DNA of 64,000 nt from Marsupella aquatica (taxonomy: Eukaryota; Plantae; Marchantiophyta), in NCBI GenBank assembly GCA_973895155.1, contig OZ316892.1:820917-884916 (forward strand), given 5' to 3'. Positions 38,541-50,712 of this stretch are shown one piece after another. Numbering within the stretch: the first letter of the stretch is position 1; every line of letters begins with the position of its first letter. The notes beneath the pieces were generated by a model, which was not told the origin of the DNA, did no database searches, and saw nothing but the letters and a program-made list of their open reading frames with translations. A program made the translations under genes and the position numbers.

Positions 38541-41500
38541 TGTCACATCGTCAGCCTAGGCCTTAACCCGGGCTTCGGCTTAGACAGGCACATCCTTCGT
38601 CAAAATGAGGGTTTGGGCAGGGAGGGATGCACGGAATGCACCTAACTCACGCAAACTAGCGCTAAGTGCGCCTATTGTCATATACGGACACCTCCTAGGT
38701 ATGGTTTGTGTTCCGCCGCCGGAACGTACCTCAGTCGATAGCAGGATCGACCCCGACTTACGGGCTCCTAAGCCTTCGTGTTGTCCGCCTTCGATCCGGA
38801 TTTGATGATATGGGTACTCAACCCGGGCTCGCAACCACTACCCACAAGCTGCACCCCGTGCCCGACTTGGGTAGTGCGTTCGGCCAAGCGTTGGCACATA
38901 TACTTGAGATTCGCACATACACATACGCGCAAGCATACAATCTTGATTTACACAAAGGAAATAATGGGGAAGGATTTTACTACAAAGGAGACATATGCGT
39001 ACACTTAGTTGACCCGAAAGCTCCAGAATGAACAGGTCCAAGGCCGAGGGTGTACACTACAACGGAGCCCGGCTCTGCACTCGCCCAGCAAGCTTAGTCC
39101 CACACCCTCCCCTCGGTACTCTTTCACTCCCAGAGGTCGGGACTCCCCGCACATACCGCGGATGTCCCACACTAAGACTAAAAACCCCCCCTTGCCTCGG
39201 AGGATTTCTCTATTCCTCCATGGTTTTGGCTATCCACGCAGCAAATGGTTGAATAGAGAAATCAGATTAAATGGTTGAATAGAGAAATCCTCCTCCATGG
39301 ATTTGGCCCTCCTCTCCCGATTTCTCTATTCAACCATTTGCTGCATGGATAGCAGCGTTGGAAGTGGCTTGAGCTCCTCTTTCCAACGAGGTCAATTATA
39401 GCCGATTTGACCAAATACACAGAAAGTTATGCCCCCGCAACCAAGAGGGGGTACTCATTGCTACGCTAACCCGAGTTACATAGCTAACCCGAGTTCAGCT
39501 AGCCTAGCTATCCTATCTAACCTTAGAAGAGTTAACCCGTGGCCTCGGGCTAAGCCGCTATCCATGTCCGTTGTCCGCTATCTGTGTCCGTTGTCTGTGT
39601 CCGCTATCCGTTGTCCGTTGTCCGTTGTCCGTGTCTGTTGTCCGTTGTCCGTGTCCGTTGTTCGTGTCCGTTGTCCATTATCCGTGTCTGCTATCTGTGC
39701 CTGCTGTCTACTATCCGTGTCCGTTGTCCGTTATCCGTGTCCGCTATTTGTGCCTGCTGTCTACTATCCGTGTCCGTTGTCCGTGTCCGTTGTCCGCTAT
39801 CCATTGTCCGTGTCCGTTGTCCGTGTCTGTTTTCTGCTATCCGTTGTCCCGGGTTTAGTCTAACCCCAATCTAAATCCGCTAGCCACTAGCCACTATCCG
39901 GTATCTGTATCCGCTACCCTCTATTCACTATCCGCTATCCGTGTCCGCTAACCTCTATCCGTATCCGCTATCCATGTCCGCTAACCTCTATCCGTATCTG
40001 CTATCCATGTCCGCTAATCCTCTATCCGTATCCACTATCAATGTCCGCTAACCTCTATCCGTATCCGCTATCCGTGTCCGCTAACCTCTATCCGTATCCG
40101 CTATCCCGGGTTACACACTAACCCGTCACACTAATAAGATCATATCTTTCCTAATACACCTCCGTTTTGAGAGTGTTTTATATCGATTTTACTCGCCTTG
40201 ACCAGATCTTTCCAATGCCCTTTACAAATCTGGATTTGGTAACATATTGAAAGAGATATGATCGCCGACCACCCGCGACATAGCTTTTATTTCTCTACTC
40301 TTAATGCCATGATTGCCCTTATTCTTGCCAGCTTGCTAACGTTTATACGGTATCAATAGCTACTCCTTGCATATAGCAACCTAGTTACTCAGATTATAGA
40401 ATAAGGACCATGTCATCGACGTCACACAATGGGTATGAAGCTTCCTCGGAAACTGCATGTACCTACTATCGTACAGTAGGACTAGATCGCCTGTCACGAC
40501 GTCGACCTTCCGTAGTCCTTTGTCGTGCTGCTTCTTGGAAGCTACCTGCTACTTTACGATGTGTCGAGCTGCTAGTAGCCGTGCTTCTTCTAATGCTTCA
40601 ATCTGATAAGCTCTGTCCGATGAACTTTCAGCTTCGGGTAAGCGATCCCAAATGCTTACCCAGGAAGTGTGGACTTCAAACTCCACGGGCACCAACGAAT
40701 GTTGGCTAAACATGAGAAAGTATGGGCTATGACTCGTAGTAGTCTTGTAAGCTAGATTATACGAGTACACCGCTGCGTACAACTTATCATCCCAATCCAT
40801 CTTGTGCGCGACTACTGTTTTGTTGAGGATCTTCCCAATGATACCATTGGCTCTCTCTGTCAGCCCATTGGCTTTAGGATGATACGGGGTAGTCTTGCAG
40901 TGCTTGACTAGGTAACGCTCCGTAAGCTGGGCTACGGTGTCATTGAGGAAGTGTGTTAGACGGTCACTTACTAATTCCAAGGGCGGCCCAAACCGGGTGA
41001 AGATCTGCTCGTATAAGAACCTGGCGGTGGTTGCAGCGTCGTCCTTTACCGTAGCCCGTGCTTCGACCCATTTGGTGGATAAATCTATAGCTAGCAGGAT
41101 GTACCTGCATCTTCGTCGTCAGGTAACGAGAGTGAACGGCCCGATATAATCAATACCCCACTTTTCGAAAGGTGCCAAGGGAAGCATGGACGTGAGAGGG
41201 TGATGGTGAGATCGTCTTGGGGCCCCAGCCCGCTGACACAGGTCACAGCCCTTGATGAAACGTTGTATATCCCGATGCAACGTAGGCCACCAATACCCTG
41301 AATCTAGAATCTTTTGGGCTGTCGTGATAGCCGCAAAATGGCCTCCAGCTTCTTCTTCATACAAGGCCCACATAACAATGAGCATCTCCTTGTACTCTAA
41401 GCAGCGTCGTAGCTTCCCATTAACGCCTTCCTTATGTAGGTAACCCTGTATCATAGCGTACGGCCCAGCCTTCCGTCGTCGGGGATGCGGCCTATTAAGA

Positions 41501-44500
41501 GGAAGGTGATTATTGAGCCATACCATGTAGGCGCTCTCGCCCCTACGTGGAATAACTCCTCGTCCGGAAAAGTATCATTAATTGGCTGATCGATTGGTAC
41601 GCCGTCCAGCCTTGAAAAGAAGTCGGCGTTGAGATGTGCTTTCCCTGGCCAAACCCGAACTTCATAGTTAAATTCCTGGAGAAGTAGCACCCACTGGGCT
41701 ATCCGTCCTGTCACATCCGCTTTGTTGACCATGTACTTCAGGCTATCATGATCCGTGTATCCGAGCAGGTAGTGTCAGAACTTTTTGCATGAGTAGATTA
41801 TTCCTAGAGCTTCTCGATCAGTGGGAGAATATTTTTTTTGGCTGTGAATAGTTGACGGCTAGCGAAGTAGATGGGGTGGTCACGTCCGTCCTCATCAAGC
41901 TGACTGAGTACGGACCCGATACAGAACCCTGACACATCGACATACACATGGAACTCCTTATTCCAGTCCGGGGTGACCATGATAGGTGCGGTGGTGAGTC
42001 ATTTACGGAGTTCTTCGAAAGCAATCTATCTCCTGGGTGTCTCCTCGATCACCGCATCCTTCTTCATCATCTTAGTTAAGGGTAACGCAATTTTAGAAAA
42101 ATCTTTAATGAACCGACGATAATACCCTACACAGCCCAAAAAGGATCGTACCGCTTTTTGATCTACGGGAAACACCACCGCCATCCAAGCCGTGACCTTG
42201 GTCCACCTCGATACCCCGTTTGGACACACAATGCCCGAGTAACACTTCTTCCTCTACCCCAAAAAAACATTTGGCGGGATGTAGCTTGAGGTTAACCTCT
42301 CAGCATTGTTGTAGCATACGCCGTAGATGTTTGGGGTGCATGGCGACAGTTCTGAAGATGGCGAAGTCGTCGATAAATATTTCCAAAAATTCCCGTAGGA
42401 AATCGTGGAAGATATTCATCATGAGCCGCTGAAACATGGCCGGGGCGTTACACAGCCCGAACGGCATTCTCCAAAATGTGAACGTCCCCCATTCCGTAGT
42501 GAACATTGTTTGAGCTGATCCGAGAGGCGGATCCAGATTTGATTATAACCCGAATACCCGTCAAGGAATGTATAAATTTTGTTTCGGGCTACCATATCGA
42601 GAACCATATCCATGAATGGTAACGGGTAATGGTCTTTCCGGGTTGCGTCGTTCAGCTTACGATAGTCTTGACAGATCCGGATCTTAGGTTTTTCGTCCGT
42701 ACCTCCCTTCTTTGGTACAATGACAATGGGAGAAACCCAGTCGCTGGCCATTACCGGGTAGATGATATCTGCGGCAAGGAGGCGATCGATTTCCTCCTTC
42801 ACTAAGATGGAGGATCTTGGGTTCATGCGACATTGTCGCTGTCGTACTGCATGGGCCCCGAGGTTCAAATCGATCGTGTGTTCTCCCAACTCGGGGGAGA
42901 CTCCCATCAAATCGTGATGGCTCCATGCGAACACATCTTCATATTCCTTGAGCAGGGCTTGGATAGATTTTTCCGCCTCCCCCGTCAGAGCGTGTCCAAG
43001 GTTAAAAGACTTATCCATCCCAATGGTGTACTTCCGGTAGTGCTCCTTCCTTATGACTTCCACCTGGTTCTGCAGGCTCAGGTCCAGGCTTGCATCCAGC
43101 TCTGCTAACCAAACTCCTCCGTACATGGGTGGAACCAGGATCGATTTTGGACTTGGAGTTACTACCTCCAATTGTGGGATGGACGGGTCCCAGAAGACCC
43201 ATTTCTTATGCCTCGGTTTTGGGTTTTCGGCCTCGGGCAGTTGTTTGGCCGGTTCATGGTCACTAGGCTCTGTACTGGTAAAAGCAATATCGGCTCCCTG
43301 ATTAGCTAGAGCTGTGTCCTCCGTATTGATGGGACATTTTTGCATTTCTTTGGCCCGGGCGGTAGAGGTGTTGGGGGTGGACTCAATAGGAACCCTTGGT
43401 AATTCAGGAGATGCGTTTCTCGGGTTGCCTCTACTCCAAAGACATCTTCCTTGGACTGGACGAAATGAGTTAAATCATATTGAGCTCCTCTTCCTCCGAG
43501 GTCTCCAAATCATATTCCTCGGGTCCCTGTGGCGTTCCTGATAATCATCCATTGCCCATGATACTCGTACTGTGGGTGTCCCGAACCGTAGCTCCTTCTT
43601 TCCCCAATCCGTGACTACACGGCCACCATACAGCCATGGCCTGCCTAGAAGGACCGGATAAGAGGAGGGCCGAACCGGCCTCATGACTAGGAAGTTGAGA
43701 TAGAACTCCACCCCTCCTACAAGGGTGAGCACCCGCGTGAGCGTGCCCAATGGAAGGACCAGCGATCAGATTAGCTCGGGCTGTGGGTTGATATGTGAGG
43801 TATCCTTACTTAACTGATGTTTCCTCAGTCATGATGTTGACTCTCGCTCCTCCGTCTACGAGAATCATCTTGATGGTACAATTATTGATCTCAATCGAGA
43901 TGTCCGGCGCTCCTAGGTCCTCGCATATCATGTTGTAGTCCGCGATCCCCACTCTGGGTAGTCGCCTCTGTCGCCAACCCGTAAGCAACTCCCTCAGTTG
44001 CCGTTGGTACTGTGGATTGTTCTGCAGCAGTTGCCCTACCGTAGCCGTAACTGGGCAACTCTTCACGTCTTCCTTAATATCATAGTCCTCCTTCTTTTCT
44101 TCCTTCGACTGTTGCTTGGCGTCCTCCTCCTGCTTTTCTTGCTCCTATCGCCGGGCGGCCTCGGCTGCTTTGATGTCCTTATCGATTTCCTTCTGGTATT
44201 CCCAAGCTTCATAGGCCTCCAACTATTTCTTCACCAATTCTTCGATGCGGGGGAAAATAGCTTTGGGTCGTCCCGACGGTAGTCATCATCCTTCTCCGGG
44301 GGTATATCTATCGCTGGCTGCACTGGAGTAGTATCTTGCTTTTTCCTACGTTTTTCTTCCTGTTTCTCTTCCTTTCGCTCGGCTCTTGTTGACACTCGGT
44401 AGCACTCAGCCTTGTCTGATGGATTAGGGTGCTCCGCCATGTCCACCAGATTTACCCACTCCGTGTTGTCATCCTGCCATTCCACAGCAATCATTTGGAC

Positions 44501-46931
44501 GACTGCATCGCTCGTGGCCGGTCCGCCCTGGGCCGGTCTTGCTGCGTTTGTTTGAGCGGCTATTACCAATAGACAGTTGGCCGTGGAGTGAGCTTCCATT
44601 TTGCAGACTTGACATAGTGGTGTGCCTCGGCCATCCCCCTGCCGTCTTGGTTTGGTGCATTCCCTCGCAAAGTGGCCTGGCTTCTCATAGTTGTAACAAA
44701 CCGGGGATCGCCAAATCCCTGGCTTAGGAGGAATGCTTGGGTTACTGATAACTTGGAAACTCCTGCCGTTGTTTGGGTAGGGGTACGCAGTTCTACCTGT
44801 TAAGTTACGCGGACCCACCATTGAAATCTGATACACCGAATCAGGGGGATCTTTGAAGAAATACTCCGTGGACTCCGATTCAGGTCCCGGGTTGTCAACA
44901 TCATCTAATTCCACATGGTGGACTCAGTTCTTCCATCTTGGGCATTCCTGCACGACATGCCTGGATTGGAAGCACTTTGAACACCACGCATGTGCTCGGG
45001 TCTCAGGTGGCTTCTTCTTCTCCACAGGCTTTTTTGCGAGATGTACCGACAGTGCTTTGAGACGATCCATGATTTCATTAAGCTTGTCTGTTTTGGCGGC
45101 CTTTGGATCGGGTATCGTTCTTTGAACACGGGGCTTGATTTTTCCCTCCTTCTTAACCCGCCTCTTCTTCTTTTTGCCCTGGCTCTCGCTCTCCAAATCA
45201 CTTCCTGATGAGCTAGAAGTGGAGGATCCGCTGGTCGAAGTCAAATCCGAACTAGATTTTGTCTCCGAACTGGACAAGGTCGAACGATGCTTCTTCTTCT
45301 TCTTGCGTTTCTTCTTCTTCTCATCGTCTGATTTGGAGTCACTGTCACTGAAGGTCTCGTACTTGCCCTTCTTGCGGCATGCCCGCTGGCTTTGCCGGGA
45401 GTTATAGATGGACTCCCGGTAGGTTTCGGCGCACGCTATGGCTACTTGCATTGAAATTGGGTTATTCTGGCGCACCCAGAATTGCATATTCGTGGGCAAA
45501 CCATGGAGGAACCACGTAAGCTGGAGAGCATCACCTAGGCTGGATTTTGGCAGCAAGTTTCTGAAACTTCTGAATGAACTTTTGCAGGGACTCTGTCTTT
45601 CCCATGTGAAGCTGGCCGATCTTTAATAAAGAACGCTGCTCTGATCCAATGGCGCAAAACTCTTGTAGCAACGCAGCTTGGAATTGTGCCCATGTAATCC
45701 CGGGTTGCAACGAGTTGTACCATGGACGAGCTTCTCCCTGCATCACCCCGGGAAGGACGGTTAGCTTAATGGCGTCTTCCCCATTGGCCTTAGCAATGGC
45801 TTCAAACTCATCCAGCCATTCATCCGGATCATCCCCATGACGTCCTTTGAAAGGTCGATAATGGAACCGCGACCGCTGTGATATTTGTGGGGGAGCTTGG
45901 GCAGCGCGGGCCATCGGTGGGGCAGCTGCCATAGGTACTGGTGGTGGTGGCGGTGGTGGTGGTGGTGCAGCACGGACCGGAGTAGGACCGGCTGGACCAG
46001 ACCCCGAAGGTCCCGGTGGTATGTTCATTCGTCGAGGTGATTGCGAATCCTCCAAGCCTGAAGAGTCGGAGCTTGTTGGGATTGCACTCTCTCGTTCGAT
46101 GGTCAATCTCCTCAAGTAAGCTGCTTGAGAATGAGTGACGGGCATTTACTCGTATAAATGCAATGGTTAGTAACTCACAAGGGCCTGGTGTATTCTGCCC
46201 AAGTGCACCCGCGCATGTCTCCCCTCTACTACACGTAGAGTGCCCCCTCTATCTAGCGACAAAAACAAAGGCTATGTCACATTGTTAGCCTAGGCCTTAA
46301 CCCGGGCTTCGACTTAGACAGGCACATCCTTTGTCAAAATGAGGGTTCGGGCAGGGAGGGATGCACGGAATGCACCTAACTCACATAAACTAGCGCTAAG
46401 TGTGCCTATTGTCATATACAGACACCTCCTAGGTATGGTTTGTGTTCCGCCGCCGGAACATACCTCAGTCGATAGCAGGATCGACCCTGGCTTATGGGCT
46501 TCTAAGCCTTCGTGTTGTTCGCCTTCGATCCGGATTCGATGATATGAGTACTCAACCCGGGCTCGCAACCACTACCCACAAGCTGCACCCCATGCCCAAC
46601 TTGGGTAGTGCGTTCAGCCAAGCGTTGGCACCTATACACGAGATTCGCACATACACATACGCGCAAGCATACAATCGTGATTTACACGAAGGAAATAATG
46701 GGGAAGGATTTTACTACAAAGGAGACATATGTGTACACTTAGTTGACCCGAAAGCTTCGGAATGAACAGGTCCAAGGCCGAGGGTGTACACTACAACATA
46801 GCCCGGCTCTGCACTTGCCCAGCGAGCTTAGTCCCACACCCTCCCCTCGGTACTCTTTTACTCCCAGAGGTCGGGACTCCCCGCACATACCGTGGATGTC
46901 CCACACTGAGACTAAAAACCCCCCTTGCCTC
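38541..46931 (-). mobile_element. Ty3/Gypsy LTR retrotransposon (Athila/Tat-like), decayed
   Basis: LTR copies 38541-39198 and 46275-46931 are highly similar and both begin TGTCACA. Minus-strand gag (46145-44231), PR LVDGGARVN, RT IRICQDYRKLN/MPFGLCNAP/FIDDF, RH, IN GGHF..WPTLH..CDLCQ..WGIDYIGP. PBS-like TTTTTGTCGCTAGA next to 46275. Confidence 0.92.
39556..40105. repeat. Degenerate 6-7-mer tandem array (TCCGTTG/TCCGTG/TCCGCTA; then a 29-bp higher-order unit) in the 3' LTR
   Basis: Repeated units are directly visible. They explain the spurious CPLSV/VRC ORFs at 39429-39874. Confidence 0.9.
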
Positions 46932-48919
46932 TACCGAGGGGTGCACTAAATACTAAGGGTCGAGGAACGGAGTGCCCTCGTGCCCAAAGATTTGCTAACT
47001 AAGGTCCTAACTAAGCTGGCTGTCAGGCCGGAAAACGGCTTGTCTTATTAGAAGATCCTAATCTACGCAGGTTGTACAGCATGGCAATGCTGCTCTAACT
47101 AGGGCAGGTGCTTGTCCCTATAGCCTAATTGAGCTATTCCTAACTCTACTCTAATCCTACTCCGCCGATGTCGTAAAGAAATGAGTTTTGGAGTTAGAAT
47201 ACCTCACATAGAGTTTCTCACTCCATTAGACATTATTAAAAATTAAATAAAAATAAATAGTGTGACTTTAAAGAGTAGTCATTTATAAATTATTAGATAT
47301 AATAGACCAAAAATATAGAATAGGTAAAAATAAAATAGTATACCAAAATAATAGTACAAGATGAACTATTACAAGATGAGTTGGAGAATGCACTTGACTT
47401 GCTTGATCCTCAACGCTCTGAACAAGCAGTAGAGTGGGAGCAAGTGGAAAGGGCCGTCATGAAGGTCAGTCAACGAAGAAGAAGGCGAGTACTTGATCGA
47501 GAGGCCATTTTGGGAACATCAAAAGAGCTCAAGGGCAAAGGAGTGAACAATGGGGAAGAAGCAAGAAGACCAAGAGAAGAGGAGAGGAAAGAAAGTTTTG
47601 TTGATGACCTATCAAAGCTCATGGAAGGATTAAAAATCCTAAGCACACAAGTGATTGGGCCGAAAAACAACTCGTGGCAAGGAGGGAGCTCGAGTCGAGG
47701 CAGTACTTGGGGTTGTATGTGGTGTGATAACAAAGATCATGCTAGAAGGGATTGTAGAGAATTTTCTGAAGCACTCAGAAAACAACATGTAAAGTTTGTT
47801 GGTGAAGCTGGCATGAAAAAGATTGCATACTTTGATTCTGGAGAACCTGTGCCACTCAATGGCAACAAAGGTGGTATGAAGGCATTGGTGGAAAAGAGGT
47901 TAGCCGAGCAAGATGTAAGTATGGTAGCAGCAGCATATGAGCCAAATGTCTATGCAGCTCAGAGACATGAAGACCTTGCAGCAAATTTGTCTTTGCTCAA
48001 TAAGAAAAGATTAGCTGAGCATGTTCGACGTCAAACAGGATGGGGATGTACCTGTTCACATCACGGCTATCACAGCTGAAGTAGGAGCAGCTTGGGATGT
48101 TACAGTGGAAGAAGCATTGGCCAACAAATTTTGGAAGCAAGAAGTACGGGGTTTCACTAACGAAGAGTTTTTTGGCTGTCTAAGGAGGGATGTTCAAGAA
48201 ATAATATTAGCCAAGGCTAAGAAGAAGAGATTCTACAAGGAGGGTCCACATGCCTTGGCTGGATCAATCTCAGAAGATTCAGATGAAGATATGGAGGGAA
48301 GAGAGAGTTACTTAACACAAATCTTGGAGCAAGAGGATGGAGCAGATCCAGAGGGGCATGAAGAGTGGGTGCAAGTCTATGATGCTAGTTTTGAAGATGT
48401 CAACACATCTCTTGGATGGGAGACAAGACAAGAAGAAGCAACAAAAGCTTATTGGGCAAAAGGGTGCTCTGAATGCCTAGTGGAGCTTGAGGGAATCAAG
48501 GGCACAATCCGTGCACTACTTGATTCTGGTTCTGAGGTAAACCTCATGTCCTTGAAGTTGTACAAAGAAGGGCAGTGGAAGGTGGATCGAGACATCAATT
48601 GGGGAGTTAAAGCAATAAATGCTACCAAGAATGGATTGTGGGGAGCATGTCCAAGAGTCAAAATTAGAGTAGGCCATGTGGTAGAGCCTATCAATATTTT
48701 TGTGCATGAGAATCTTCCATATGATCTTCTCCTTGGGCAGCCTTTCATCATAGAGTTAAGGTTGGAGACAAGAGTGCTTGATGATGGTACTCATGCTGGA
48801 AAGGTGAAGAGTCGAGATGGCATGAGAGTCATCCAATTCCCTACTGTTCTTCCTGAAAATAGTAGGAACAAGAAAGAACTAAGAGGACCTGAGTTTCGTC
48901 AAGGGAGACAAGACTCTCA

Positions 48920-48970
48920 GGATTTCTCTTAGGCGCTTCGCATGCTAAGATGGAGTTCAAGCGAGGCGCC
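48920..48970 (+). promoter_or_regulatory. Candidate -1 programmed ribosomal frameshift signal between protease and RT
   Basis: G_GAT_TTC heptamer (48920-48926), 5-nt spacer, 10-bp stem GGCGCTTCGC (48932-48941) / GCGAGGCGCC (48961-48970). The RT ORF is in the -1 frame and open through the site. Confidence 0.55.
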
Positions 48971-50712
48971 AATCTGATATCTCCATCTCCACAGGTCAGG
49001 ATTGAAGCTCATCAGTTTTTTTTATCTTCCTTTCATGGAATAAGTAAGAATATGGTTGTTTCATTTGTAGAAAAAGAAAAGTTTTCAAGAAAGCTACAAA
49101 AAGGAATGGATAGAAAGAGGAAAGGTTTGCAAGAAGATGGTGTCATAAAAGAAAGTGAAGAGATTTTTGGCATCTTAGAAGAGAATGGATGTGAACCATT
49201 GATAGAGGAAGTGCTTCTATCAATATATCAAGGTGAATCAGAGATAGAGATTGGAAGAAGTTTATATGAGGTTCTAGCCTACCTAGTTCAGGAAGAGATT
49301 GAGGTTAACACCAAATATAAAATAGTGGATAAAAAGGTTAGACCAGCAGCTACTCCATTACCTTTAGAAGCTAAAGAGTTGCTACAGAAAGCTAGTAAAG
49401 AACCTTCTTTGAGGAATTGGGATAAGATAGGTTATACATTCACTAAGAAGACATTGGATAGTTTACAAATTGGAGGGGATGGCTTACTCACCAATGTTGA
49501 GGTTGAGGCTTTTCGGAAGATGATATCAAAACATGGGAAGGCCTTTTCCTTCAACATAGATGAAATAGGTTGTGTCAACCCAAGGGAAGTGACACCAATG
49601 ATCATCTTTCCTGTTCCTCATATTCCATGGGATTTGAGGCCATTACCAATACCTCGAGCATTGATGCAAGGAGTGGTAGACTTGCTGAAGGAGAAGTTGA
49701 AAGCAAGAATCTTGGAGAGATCCAATGCACCATATGCAAATCGTTGGTTCACTGTGAGAAAGAAAAATGGGAAGTTGCGATTCATTCAAGATATGCAGCC
49801 GCCAAACAAGGTCACAATCAGAAATGTTGGCACCGGACCAGTGGTTGATGAATTTGCAGAGAAGTTTGCTGGTAAGGCAATTTACTCAATTGGGGATCTG
49901 TATTCTGGGTATGATCAATTCCAACTTGCTGAAAGTAGCAGGGATATTACCACCATGCACTACTACATATTGGCCCCTTTTGTGAAGCTTTTTTTTGACG
50001 TCGGGATGGTCTTGCGATGTCATTGACTTCAGATATTTTGTGATCAAACACGCATCACAATAAACCATGCTCACAGGTTCGCAACATGGTGTTGCGAAGC
50101 TAAATACCTCGCAATTTGTTTGAGATCGGATTGAATTCGCAACTCTTTCAGATACTATTCGTCTCGCAAAGTATTTGTGGATCCGCGACCATCGCGACTG
50201 CATTTGGATCTCTTTTGTTTCATAATTTAGTGATAATAATGTACTCAAATATATATTGTGAACCTATTAGCTTCACACAATATTGTGAAGCATAAATAGT
50301 CGCAAGTTACCGAATCCAGTTGATTCGCAAAGTTGAGAACACATTGGCATCACAATTACCGATGGTGTGTTATTCACAAAGTGTTCAGAAGTTGCTTCTT
50401 GACAAGCTTGAAAATGTTTTGCAAAGAGAGTTGTTTGAAAATTTTGTAGAATGGAAATGTTTGAGAGAGTTTCTTTACAAGATGGAGAATGCATGTGTTT
50501 AGGTTACAGCTAGGGTTTTCAAAAAGGTGGCATGCATGAGGATAGCTTTGGAAACGGCTAAGGTTTCATATATAACAGTGAGATGAAATTTCAAAGTCCA
50601 ATTAAGTGTTTGTAAAACAAAAGAAGAAAAGTAATATGTTAATATAAATAAAACCATGATAGTTAGTTTAGGGTCAAATTCTGGGCCCACAACAAGTTTT
50701 ACTACTAGTGCA

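Noticed and set aside
39429-39874. Cys-rich ORFs (CPLSV/VRC repeats)
   Set aside because: Translations of a 6-7-bp tandem array.
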